In this document: positions 55,734 to 64,000 of the stretch, piece after piece | Layout of the letters: each line of letters opens with the position of its first letter | How positions within the stretch are numbered: the first letter of the stretch is position 1 | Assembly (NCBI GenBank): GCA_012964825.1 | Contig: DTTI01000058.1 | Coordinates: 3,978-67,977 of the forward strand | DNA: 64,000 nucleotides | From: Fidelibacterota bacterium | GTDB lineage: Bacteria; Fidelibacterota; Marinisomatia; Marinisomatales; S15-B10 | Direction: 5' to 3' | Position numbers and translations under genes: made by a program | Notes under the pieces: generated by a model | What the model was told of the DNA's origin: nothing | Databases searched by the model: none | What the model saw: the letters and a program-made list of their open reading frames with translations, nothing else

Positions 55734-57497
55734 ATGAGATTCCAGCTGGTATTCCTCACACTATTTGTCGCTCAGTCCGCTTGGGCGGAGATAAAAGTTT
55801 ATGCCGCCATTGATCAGAATAGAATTACCCTCAACGAGACAGTGTCGCTGAAAGTGACGGCTGAAGAGTCGAATGATTTCCCAAAACTTGATATTAGTGC
55901 CATCAAAGAATTCACTGTTATTTCAGGCCCTGGGCAGTCAAGCAGTTTTCAATGGGTGAACGGCAAGATGTCCAGCTCCAAGACACTTTCCTGGACGCTC
56001 ATTCCAAATAGACATGGATCGTTGACAATCCCAGTTTTGACGGTTGAGGTGGATGGCAAACTGATAGAGACCGAACCTATCATTCTGACGGTTTTGCAGT
56101 CCGGTAGCCGTTCTGCTGCCGGTTCTGGTGGTCAATCTTCCCAAAAAGATCCACAGGTGCCGCTCATTTTCCTCATTGCCGAACCTGACAAGGAAGAGAT
56201 CTTCCAGGGCGAGCAGGTGACGGTTCACTACAAATTGTACACGCGCGTGAACTTGAGGCGGTACGCCGTTGAGTCAAAACCGCAGGGCGTCGGCTTCTGG
56301 CAGGAAGAGCTGTATGCACCGAAGCAACCAACGTTGAGAGAGACGAGTATTGACGGTGTTCGTTATCGTATTGCCACGCTCTACAAAGTTGCCCTCTTTC
56401 CCACAACGTATGGAGATCTCACTCTTGAACCGATGATCCTGAACTGTACCATAGAAATTCCGTCCCGTAATCGCCAATTCTCGCTGTTTGACAATTTCTT
56501 TTCAGATCCGTTCTTTTCGAGGACAAAGCAGCAGATAGTTCGATCAGACGAGTTGACTTTCCGTGTGAAACCGGTGCCAGAAGTTGGTAAATCGGCCGAT
56601 TTTACAGGTGCCGTTGGTGAATTTCGTCTTACATCGAGTGTGGATACAACTTCTGTGGTTGCTAATCAAGCACTGGCATTTACTGTTGAACTTTCCGGTA
56701 CGGGCAATCTTGGTCTTTTTCAGCTGCCAGAGCCAGAATTTCCCGGTGGGCTGGAAGTTTTCAGTCCCAAAACATCCATGGACAAGGATCCGTTCAGAGA
56801 TGAGATTTCGGGAAAACGGTCGTGGGAATATATTCTCATTCCCCGATGGGAAGGGAAGATCATACTCCCTTCAGTAGAACTTGTCTATTTAGAGCCGAAA
56901 ACCGGGAAATGGCTCACCACGGAGACCGATCCCATCCCCGTTCTTGTAACCCCTGCCGTGAGCGCCATTACCGAAAGCAGTGGTTTGACGAAAGAGGAGA
57001 TTGCCCTTTTGAGCCAGGATATTCGTTACATCCGTCAGGAGCCAGTTCGGATACGAAGTATCTCTAACCGGATTGTGCCCCGGGCTTTCTGGCTTATGAA
57101 CCTACTGGCTGTTGCAATGTTTTTTGCCCCTAATGTTGTGGAGTTGGTTCAGAGCAGTCGAGTGGAGCGGCAGGGAGCTATTCGTGTGCGAGGCACTCTT
57201 CGGCGCGCGAAGAAGGTTCTTTTGAAAGTGGAGGACGACGATTATGAGAAGGTGGAGCAGACCATCTATAGTTATTTCTCGGACCGGATGGGGCTGCCGG
57301 GTGTGGGCCTTGATGGGCGCATCCTGGAAAAGAAACTTCAGGACGTTGTGGACAAGTCCACCTTGAAGGAGTTGTTAGCCCTTCTTGAAATTTGCGGTAT
57401 GGGGCGGTTTGCACCATCAGCTGCTGACGACGCTTCCGCTTCAGAGCTTGCTTATCGGGCGGTAGACCTGCTACGGGGAATAGAGGGGCAATTGTGA
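55734..57497 (+). CDS. batD: BatD-family oxygen-tolerance protein
   Basis: 587 aa with a signal peptide, repeated beta-rich modules and one TM near the C-terminal third. Its position follows batC. Confidence 0.78.
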   Translation: MRFQLVFLTLFVAQSAWAEIKVYAAIDQNRITLNETVSLKVTAEESNDFPKLDISAIKEFTVISGPGQSSSFQWVNGKMSSSKTLSWTLIPNRHGSLTIPVLTVEVDGKLIETEPIILTVLQSGSRSAAGSGGQSSQKDPQVPLIFLIAEPDKEEIFQGEQVTVHYKLYTRVNLRRYAVESKPQGVGFWQEELYAPKQPTLRETSIDGVRYRIATLYKVALFPTTYGDLTLEPMILNCTIEIPSRNRQFSLFDNFFSDPFFSRTKQQIVRSDELTFRVKPVPEVGKSADFTGAVGEFRLTSSVDTTSVVANQALAFTVELSGTGNLGLFQLPEPEFPGGLEVFSPKTSMDKDPFRDEISGKRSWEYILIPRWEGKIILPSVELVYLEPKTGKWLTTETDPIPVLVTPAVSAITESSGLTKEEIALLSQDIRYIRQEPVRIRSISNRIVPRAFWLMNLLAVAMFFAPNVVELVQSSRVERQGAIRVRGTLRRAKKVLLKVEDDDYEKVEQTIYSYFSDRMGLPGVGLDGRILEKKLQDVVDKSTLKELLALLEICGMGRFAPSAADDASASELAYRAVDLLRGIEGQL

Positions 57498-58249
57498 AAA
57501 CTGTCGTGAGGCTCATATGTCTTTTGACTTTCACCACAGTAATTCGGGCAAGTTCTTATGCTGACTCTCTCTTTATGGAAGCCAATAGTTTCTACAGCAA
57601 CCAGTATTACAGTGAGGCTGCAGACCTCTACAATCAATTGATAAATCAAGGATACGGCCATACGAATCTCTATTACAATCTCGGGAATGCCTATTATCAG
57701 TTGGGAGACTTGGGGAACGCCATATGGGCCTATGAGAAAGGTTTGGAACTGAACCCCAGGGATAGCGATCTTAAGTTTAATCTTAGCGTTGCCAACGCCA
57801 GGATTGTGGACAGGGTACGTGTACCGGAACCTTTCTTTTTGCTGAAATGGTACGGTGCCTTGAAGCAATCCTTTTCGCCATCTCAGTGGCTCATGACTAT
57901 CAGCTCAGTTCTGCTCGGAGCCGCCATGCTGTCCGCTTTTGCGAGATTTTTTAAAAATCGCCTTTCACAAATCCTTATGACTGCTTCTTCGGCCGGATTG
58001 GTCATGGTGATACTTTTTTCGGCTGTTTTCGCCGATATCTACTTTGATATTTCGGACATAGAAACGGGCGTTGTGGTTGCCCAAGAGGGACGGGTATACA
58101 CGGCGCCGTCCAAAAGCAGTAACCTCCTTTTTGTCATCCACGAAGGGACGAAGGCGGAGATCTCAAGCCGTCAGTATCCGTGGATTGAGATCGAACTCAT
58201 CGACGGTAAGAAAGGGTGGCTCGATTCCAATTCGCTGAGGCCGCTGTAA
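57494..58249 (+). CDS. batE: TPR plus SH3-like domain protein BatE
   Basis: 251 aa with an N-terminal TPR region (YYNLGNAYYQLGDLGNAIWAYEKGLELNP), TM segments and a C-terminal SH3b-like domain (WIEIELIDGKKGWL). Confidence 0.75.
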   Translation: MKTVVRLICLLTFTTVIRASSYADSLFMEANSFYSNQYYSEAADLYNQLINQGYGHTNLYYNLGNAYYQLGDLGNAIWAYEKGLELNPRDSDLKFNLSVANARIVDRVRVPEPFFLLKWYGALKQSFSPSQWLMTISSVLLGAAMLSAFARFFKNRLSQILMTASSAGLVMVILFSAVFADIYFDISDIETGVVVAQEGRVYTAPSKSSNLLFVIHEGTKAEISSRQYPWIEIELIDGKKGWLDSNSLRPL

Positions 58250-58250
58250 A

Positions 58251-58691
58251 ATGAAGCGAATCATCACGCTTCTGGCCGTCGTTTCACTTCTTCTAGCTCA
58301 GAAAAAGAAGGTCAGGTTTGATGAAAGTTTTGATCCTGCTACCCTGAAAGAGCCGGAGATCAAATTACCTGTTATACTAAAGCCAGACGAGCCGCTGCCA
58401 CCTCAGTTTTCCCCTGTCGAAACGGACACCGTTGTTGAAGGTTATCGTGTTCAGGTGATCTCAACACAAGATTTAAAGGAGGCCAACCTGTTAGTGATGG
58501 AACTATCCTCTCTTTACGGGAATGAGGTGTATGTTATCTTTGATTCGCCCAACTATAAGGTTAGGGTGGGGAATTTCCGATCCCGGGGTAACGCTGAAAA
58601 GGCCCGGCAGCGGATAGTCGCTCTGGGTCACCGGGCAGCGTGGATCATACGGACGAAAGTGAGGAAAAACCAACCACCTAGTCGTCAATGA
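58251..58691 (+). CDS. SPOR-domain (peptidoglycan-binding) protein
   Basis: 146 aa with a signal peptide. SPOR pattern: GYRVQVISTQDLKEA...YKVRVGNFRSRGNAEKARQRIVALG. Confidence 0.8.
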   Translation: MKRIITLLAVVSLLLAQKKKVRFDESFDPATLKEPEIKLPVILKPDEPLPPQFSPVETDTVVEGYRVQVISTQDLKEANLLVMELSSLYGNEVYVIFDSPNYKVRVGNFRSRGNAEKARQRIVALGHRAAWIIRTKVRKNQPPSRQ

Positions 58692-58839
58692 AATGCGGGA
58701 AAAGAGTTGTCCTCCAATCATCATCTGGATAAATTTCTGCCGTCTTGTACCTGGAAACATCGACCTCGGAGCGGTGTATAGTCTTATATACCTTTCCGCC
58801 TGATTTTCTCATCACTTCTTTCGTCCGGACAGGTTAATC

Positions 58840-59586
58840 GTGGCCGGTCATTCCAAATGGGCACAGATCAAGCGCAAGAAAGCCGTTGTAGACGCAAAGC
58901 GCGGACAGGTGTTCACAAAGATCATTAAGGAGATCACAGTGGCCGCCAGGCTAGGTGGTGGAGATGAAGATGCCAACCCCAGGCTGAGACAGGCCGTCCT
59001 TTCTGCGAAAGCAGCCAACATGCCGGCGGACAATGTTAAGCGTGCCGTCCAAAAGGGGACTGGTGAGCTTCCTGGTATTTCCTACGAGGAGGCAATATTT
59101 GAAGGTTACGGTCCCGGCGGAGTTGCCGTTATGGTGGAAGTGACAACCGATAACCGTAAGCGAACTGTGGCCGAACTGAGACACCTCATTACCAAGCACG
59201 GGGGAAATCTGGGTGAAACGGGATGCGTGGCATGGATGTTTAAAAGGAAAGGGTTAATCACCATCGAGAAAATCAGCGTTGATGAGGAATCACTTTTGGA
59301 TTCCATCCTAACTGGCGGGGGTGATGACTTTTCAGATGAAGACGATGTTTATGTGGTTGAATCGGCACCTGATCAGATGATAACAGTCCGCGAACAGCTG
59401 GAAGCTGACGGATTTTCAGTAAAATCATCAGAGATAATGCAGATGCCTCAAAGTAGTGTGAGCGTTGAGGGTGAGACTGCAAAAAGGGTGATTCAACTGT
59501 TGGAAGTGCTTGACGATCATGACGATGTTCAAAAGGTTTCAGCCAATTTCGATGTTGATGATGCTGAAATAGAAGAGGTGAGTTAA
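58840..59586 (+). CDS. yebC: YebC/PmpR-family DNA-binding regulator
   Basis: 248 aa from a GTG start. Canonical N-terminus: MAGHSKWAQIKRKKAVVDAKRG. Confidence 0.95.
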   Translation: MAGHSKWAQIKRKKAVVDAKRGQVFTKIIKEITVAARLGGGDEDANPRLRQAVLSAKAANMPADNVKRAVQKGTGELPGISYEEAIFEGYGPGGVAVMVEVTTDNRKRTVAELRHLITKHGGNLGETGCVAWMFKRKGLITIEKISVDEESLLDSILTGGGDDFSDEDDVYVVESAPDQMITVREQLEADGFSVKSSEIMQMPQSSVSVEGETAKRVIQLLEVLDDHDDVQKVSANFDVDDAEIEEVS

Positions 59587-60072
59587 ATGAGACGAATCAT
59601 CGGTATAGATCCGGGTATTTCTACCACCGGTTATGGTGTCATAGAATCAGACGGTGATGCCATCAGTGTGATTACATGGGGAGCCATCTCTCCTCCGTCA
59701 AAGAAAAATATTCATGACCGATTGTGTGTTCTCTATGATGGCATTAAAGATATTATTGATCGTTACACTCCTACTGAATTTGCTATCGAGGAAGCATTCT
59801 ACAGAAATAACGTCAAGACAGTCCTAGTGTTGGGCCAGGCACGGGGCGTTGTGATGCTGGCGGCGGCTCATCAGGATCTGCCGTGCTACGAATATTCACC
59901 GCGGAAAATCAAAATGTCCGTTGTAGGGAACGGCAACGCATCCAAGGAGCAGGTCCAGTATATGGTTACCTCTATTTTAGAAATGGAAAAACCCCCGGAG
60001 AAGCACGACGTCACTGACGCCCTAGCCACGGCCCTTTGCCATCTCCACCAGCCGGAGGTCATGGCTGAATGA
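59587..60072 (+). CDS. ruvC: Crossover junction endodeoxyribonuclease RuvC
   Basis: 161 aa. Motif IIGIDPG, with catalytic acidic residues in the EEAF and DVTDALA contexts. Confidence 0.93.
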   Translation: MRRIIGIDPGISTTGYGVIESDGDAISVITWGAISPPSKKNIHDRLCVLYDGIKDIIDRYTPTEFAIEEAFYRNNVKTVLVLGQARGVVMLAAAHQDLPCYEYSPRKIKMSVVGNGNASKEQVQYMVTSILEMEKPPEKHDVTDALATALCHLHQPEVMAE

Positions 60073-60659
60073 TACATTCTTTACGGGGGAAAGTGAAGTC
60101 GAAATCCGCTACAAATGTTGTGGTGGATGTTCGCGGTGTTGCCTTTTACGTAGTACTCTCCGTTCCTACCGCTGATCGTCTTCCAAAGGTAGGTGAAGAG
60201 GTGGAAATCCGTACCTACCTCAAAGTCAGGGAAGACGCCATGGAACTTTACGGTTTCGGAGACGAAGATGAACTGACCCTGTTCAAGATGCTTATCGGTA
60301 TTTCCAAGATTGGGCCTAAGCTAGCCATGGGAATTCTCTCCGGCGCCAGCCCTGATGAATTCAAAAGACGGATTGTAGCGGGAGACGTGGCGTCCCTGAC
60401 GGCGCTACCGGGCATCGGATCCAAAACAGCCAAACGGATTATTGTAGAGCTGAAAGATAAATTTGTGGTAACCGGGGATGACGATGTTATGACACTGGAC
60501 GGAGAAGTGCCGGACCAGTTTGCTGATGCCCTGGCCACACTCACTGCTCTCGGTTTCCACCGTTCGGACGGTTTTCGCGTTCTTTCTGATATGCAGAGGA
60601 AAGATCAGCTTAGCGGGGACGTTGAAGAAATTGTGAAAATAGCGTTGACTAAACTGTAG
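60069..60659 (+). CDS. ruvA: Holliday junction branch migration protein RuvA
   Basis: 196 aa. Motifs: LYGFGDEDELTLFKMLIGISKIGPKLA and LPGIGSKTAKRII (HhH). Confidence 0.92.
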   Translation: MIHSLRGKVKSKSATNVVVDVRGVAFYVVLSVPTADRLPKVGEEVEIRTYLKVREDAMELYGFGDEDELTLFKMLIGISKIGPKLAMGILSGASPDEFKRRIVAGDVASLTALPGIGSKTAKRIIVELKDKFVVTGDDDVMTLDGEVPDQFADALATLTALGFHRSDGFRVLSDMQRKDQLSGDVEEIVKIALTKL

Positions 60660-60667
60660 GAGCTGAA

Positions 60668-61861
60668 ATGCAATTTGCTGCGAGACTAGAAAGTTTGGGA
60701 ACCGAATCAGCCTTTGAAGTGGCACGACAGGCAGCTGAATGGAAGGCGGCGGGGAATGAAGTTTTCCCGTTCCATATCGGTGATTTCAACATACCGACAC
60801 CGCAGCGGGTGGTTGACGCCATGAACCGTGCAATTGAAAATGGAAAGACCGGGTACTGCCCACCGCCCGGTATTCCCGAACTCCGAGAAGCACTGGCCGA
60901 TGATGTGGGTAAACTGAGGGGCATAGACTATTCCATGGAGAATATTATTGTCCAACCAGGTGGGAAACCCACTATAGGCAAATTCATTCTTGCTGTTATG
61001 GAACCGGGAGATGAAGTGCTCTATCCCAGCCCCGGCTTTCCCATTTATGAATCGATGATCGAGTTCCATGGGGGCAAGGCTGTTCCGTATAATTATATTG
61101 ATAATAGAGGAAAGTTTTTGCTGGATTTGGATCAGCTTAAGTCGAACATCTCACCGAAAACCTCCATGCTGATATTTAATAATCACCACAATCCCACCGC
61201 GGCAGAATCTCCCCACGACGAACTGGAGGCGCTGGCTGAAATTTGCATGGGAAATGACCTGTGGGTCCTCTCCGATGAAGCCTATTTCGAAACAAGATAT
61301 GAAGGTGAGTCAGAGTCCATAGCTTCAATTCCCAGGATGGCGGAACGGACCGTTATATTATATACCTTTTCCAAGCGGTTCGCCATGACAGGATGGCGCG
61401 TTGGTGCATCCATTGGACCTCCGGAAGTAATGGAAATCATTGGTCAACTGAACGTAAATGATGAATCGTGCACGAATCACTTTGCCCAGTGGGCCATGAT
61501 CGAAGCCTTGGAAGGCGGCGCGGAAATGTGCAAACCTATCACTGATGAACTTCGTGTCCGGAGAGACGTTGCCCGTGATTTGCTGAACGGTATTGAAGGT
61601 GTCTCAGTGGGGTCGCCTTCATCCACATTTTATCTTTTCCCGAAAGTGACGAAAGTGGTGGTGAAAAAAGGTTTTCGGAACAGCAGCGAATTGCAGGAAG
61701 CTGTTCTAAAGGAGACAGGTGTGGCCTTCTGCCCTAGGAGCCATTTCTGCACGCCATTACCTGATGAGAAAGAGCATTATGTCAGGTTCGCTTATTCTGG
61801 TATCCAACTGGATGACATTCGCGAAGGAATGGACCGCTTTAAAGCCTATTGTGAGGCTTGA
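60668..61861 (+). CDS. Class I/II PLP-dependent aminotransferase (aspartate aminotransferase-like)
   Basis: 397 aa with NNHHNPT and the PLP-lysine context YTFSKRFAMTGWRVG. Confidence 0.9.
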   Translation: MQFAARLESLGTESAFEVARQAAEWKAAGNEVFPFHIGDFNIPTPQRVVDAMNRAIENGKTGYCPPPGIPELREALADDVGKLRGIDYSMENIIVQPGGKPTIGKFILAVMEPGDEVLYPSPGFPIYESMIEFHGGKAVPYNYIDNRGKFLLDLDQLKSNISPKTSMLIFNNHHNPTAAESPHDELEALAEICMGNDLWVLSDEAYFETRYEGESESIASIPRMAERTVILYTFSKRFAMTGWRVGASIGPPEVMEIIGQLNVNDESCTNHFAQWAMIEALEGGAEMCKPITDELRVRRDVARDLLNGIEGVSVGSPSSTFYLFPKVTKVVVKKGFRNSSELQEAVLKETGVAFCPRSHFCTPLPDEKEHYVRFAYSGIQLDDIREGMDRFKAYCEA

Positions 61862-61865
61862 ACTT

Positions 61866-62981
61866 GTGGGTGAAACAGGAAAAAGAACTTTCCTCTATGA
61901 CTACCATCTGTCCCTCGGTGCAAAGATGGTCCCTTTTGGCGGGTTTGAGATGCCTGTGCAGTACTCTGGCATCATAGATGAACATACCTCTGTGAGGGAA
62001 GCGGTGGGTCTTTTCGATCTATCTCATATGGGCGAATTTGTTATCAGCGGGAGGGGAGCGTCGTCTTTCTTGCAGCGAGTGACAACCAATAATGTTGCTA
62101 CCATTCAAACCGATCAGGCCCAGTACACAGCGATTTGTAATGAAAATGGTGGAATTATAGATGATTGTGTTTTGTACCGTTTTAGCGACCACTACCTTTT
62201 GGTAGTAAACGCATCCAATATTGAGAAGGATTTGGGATGGCTGGAGAGCAATCTTCAGGGCGAGGTATCACTTAAAGACAGATCTGATGATTTTTCGCTG
62301 GTGGCCGTTCAGGGACCTAAGTCGCTAGAGCTCTTAAGCAAGGTGGTGAATAACACTCAAGATGTGCGATCTTTGCCATTCTACTGGCACTGCCAATCGG
62401 TAGTTGCAGGAATTGAAGTGATTTGTGCAAGAACCGGCTATACGGGAGAGCTTGGTTACGAGATCTACGTTGACGGGGGAGAGGCGGAGCCAGTTTGGGA
62501 CATTTTGCTTGAAGAAGGTGCTTCCCTGGGCGTCAAACCTGTCGGTCTCGGTGCCAGGGATACACTCCGCCTTGAGATGAAGTACTGTCTTTATGGTAAC
62601 GACATTGATGAAAAGACAAACCCCATTGAAGCGGGGCTTGGGTGGATCACCAAACTGGAAAAAGGTGATTTCATTGGCAAAGCTGCCATTGCCAAAGTGC
62701 AGTCGAATGGGCCTGAACGTAAGCTCATCGGTTTTGAGCTTTTGGACCGAGGCATCGCTCGCCACGGTTATTCTGCCATGTTTAACGGGAACACAATCGG
62801 CAGTGTCACCAGCGGGACACATTCTCCAACCTTGGGTAAGTCTATTGGGATGGCCTATGTGGACAGTTCCCATGCTTCAACTGGCTCGGAGCTGAAAATA
62901 GATATCCGTGGAAAAGTAATGCCGGCAAAAGTGGTGAAGACCCCTTTTTGGACGAAAGGTACAGCCACGGAAAAAGTTTAA
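61866..62981 (+). CDS. gcvT: Glycine cleavage system aminomethyltransferase GcvT
   Basis: Motifs: KRTFLYDYHLSLGAKMVPFGGFEMPVQY and GLFDLSHMGEF. The ORF is open from 61719 inside the upstream gene. GTG 61866, 4 nt after that gene's stop, gives a typical 371-aa protein. Confidence 0.92.
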   Translation: MGETGKRTFLYDYHLSLGAKMVPFGGFEMPVQYSGIIDEHTSVREAVGLFDLSHMGEFVISGRGASSFLQRVTTNNVATIQTDQAQYTAICNENGGIIDDCVLYRFSDHYLLVVNASNIEKDLGWLESNLQGEVSLKDRSDDFSLVAVQGPKSLELLSKVVNNTQDVRSLPFYWHCQSVVAGIEVICARTGYTGELGYEIYVDGGEAEPVWDILLEEGASLGVKPVGLGARDTLRLEMKYCLYGNDIDEKTNPIEAGLGWITKLEKGDFIGKAAIAKVQSNGPERKLIGFELLDRGIARHGYSAMFNGNTIGSVTSGTHSPTLGKSIGMAYVDSSHASTGSELKIDIRGKVMPAKVVKTPFWTKGTATEKV

Positions 62982-62989
62982 AGGACGAT

Positions 62990-64000
62990 ATGGATCGCAA
63001 GAGAGAAATCATCGGTATACTTCTTATTCTGGTATCTCTCTTTGTTTTGCTTAGTTTGATGACCTATGATGCTGCTGAAGAACCCACCATTTCACCCAAC
63101 ATTGCCATCTCCAATCGGGCGGGGATCTTTGGCGTCTATATTGGCCATTTCTTCATCAAGATGGCTGTCGGTTATGTCTCTTTTATATTACCTATCATCG
63201 GCATTGCTTGGGGATGGGTTTTGTTTAGCAAAAAGACCCCCAAATTTCTTGGAAAACTGACTGTTCATACGCTTCTCATGGGACTCATCGTCTCAGTATT
63301 ATTGGGATTGATGGTAGTTACCAAGGATGCAGAAAGCTACCAGGCTTCCGGACTTGTTGGTGCCATGTTGGCAAAACTATTTCACGATTTTCTTGGCACC
63401 ATCGGTACCGTAATTCTTTTGCTAGCCAGCTCATTTGTAGTTGTCCGGGGATACTTTAACTGGAATTTTTATGATCATGTAGAGAAGGTTGTCACCTTTT
63501 TTTCAGGTGTGGTCAAACGGGGGCAGAAGATTCAGCCTGAAAAAAGCGTGGAAACTCAGAAAAGAGAACATACAGAAAAACTGCTTGGCCAGCTTCGGGA
63601 AAGACGGGACTTCGAGGATGAAGTTCTCGCTCAGCCAGATGAACCAGAAGTGGAAGAGGTTGAAGTTCCGGAGGAACTGGAAGAAGAGGCCGGTATCGAA
63701 GTTGAAGAGACCGAGGTCAATCCGCCGAAGGAAGAGGAGACATTTTTTGATGTTAATGAACCAGAGGCGGAAGTTGAGAAAGAAGAAACTGCTGAAGAAC
63801 CACAGGCCCCCGCAATGGATGAAGAGCGTGCAGGGGAGTACACAATCGGACAGGAAGTGATTGAGGAGGAGATCGATTTTAATGCTACCGTAGAAGATGC
63901 ACCAAAAAAAGCTTATCAGCTTCCTTCTGTCGATTATCTTGACCATTACGAGGAAGTTACCCCCAGTGCCTCCGATAGCGAACTTGTGGATAAGGCTGAT
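62990..64000 (+). CDS. ftsK: DNA translocase FtsK/SpoIIIE, N-terminal membrane domain and acidic linker (partial; runs off the window)
   Basis: ATG 62990, open to the window end (337 codons). It has four hydrophobic segments, an E-rich linker, and YQLPSVDYLD as the typical lead-in to the motor domain. It is not in the ORF track because no stop lies inside the window. Confidence 0.85.
   Translation, partial: MDRKREIIGILLILVSLFVLLSLMTYDAAEEPTISPNIAISNRAGIFGVYIGHFFIKMAVGYVSFILPIIGIAWGWVLFSKKTPKFLGKLTVHTLLMGLIVSVLLGLMVVTKDAESYQASGLVGAMLAKLFHDFLGTIGTVILLLASSFVVVRGYFNWNFYDHVEKVVTFFSGVVKRGQKIQPEKSVETQKREHTEKLLGQLRERRDFEDEVLAQPDEPEVEEVEVPEELEEEAGIEVEETEVNPPKEEETFFDVNEPEAEVEKEETAEEPQAPAMDEERAGEYTIGQEVIEEEIDFNATVEDAPKKAYQLPSVDYLDHYEEVTPSASDSELVDKAD

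Noticed and set aside
63503-63946. A 147-aa minus-strand and a 123-aa plus-strand ORF in the last 500 bp.
   Set aside because: Both lie in the GAA-rich acidic linker of ftsK, whose frame is continuous from ATG 62990. This is the same compositional artefact seen in the rpsP tail.
1-64000. I searched the whole window for CRISPR arrays, IS or transposon ends, integrases, phage genes, toxin-antitoxin pairs, defence-system ATPases or nucleases, and rRNA or tRNA genes.
   Set aside because: None were seen. Every ORF over ~100 aa that is not a shadow frame is assignable to a housekeeping or envelope function. The largest non-coding gaps (263, 170, 160, 148, 130 and 105 bp) hold only promoter- or terminator-like sequence.

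Overview
This is a core-genome window from a diderm bacterium. It has FCB-group-like hallmarks: a PorU-like C25 peptidase with a T9SS-type C-terminal sorting domain, a BatA-E aerotolerance operon, and a ~757-aa aconitase.

Minus strand, ~1.5-24 kb: an almost gap-free 15-gene dcw cluster, mraZ-rsmH-ftsL-ftsI-murE-murF-mraY-murD-ftsW-murG-murC-murB-ftsQ-ftsA-ftsZ, with no ddl. It is preceded by PorU-like, maf and rodZ-like genes and followed by a MazG-like gene and a secreted Cys-motif gene.

Plus strand, ~24-64 kb: acn, SDR, rpsP-KH-rimM-trmD-rplS, MFS, selA-selB-mutS, a beta-barrel-like ORF, yicC-gmk-rpoZ-udg, dnaB, relA/spoT, HU, ruvX, lnt, ecfT, truA, htrA-like, psd-pssA, tatA, gatA, batABCDE, SPOR, yebC-ruvC-ruvA, an aminotransferase, gcvT and the 5' part of ftsK.

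I saw no rRNA, tRNA, CRISPR, transposase, integrase or prophage signals. I did not find a convincing discrete novel multi-gene system, and the region reads as ordinary housekeeping DNA.

The anomalies most worth a second look are:
- murG is broken at an A9 run exactly at its inter-domain hinge.
- bS16 carries a ~280-aa acidic, internally duplicated tail.
- A secreted tandem Cys-motif protein is followed by a start-less, coding-like frame.
- A candidate MraZ operator sits at the dcw promoter.

All family calls are from motifs read by eye; no database search was possible.
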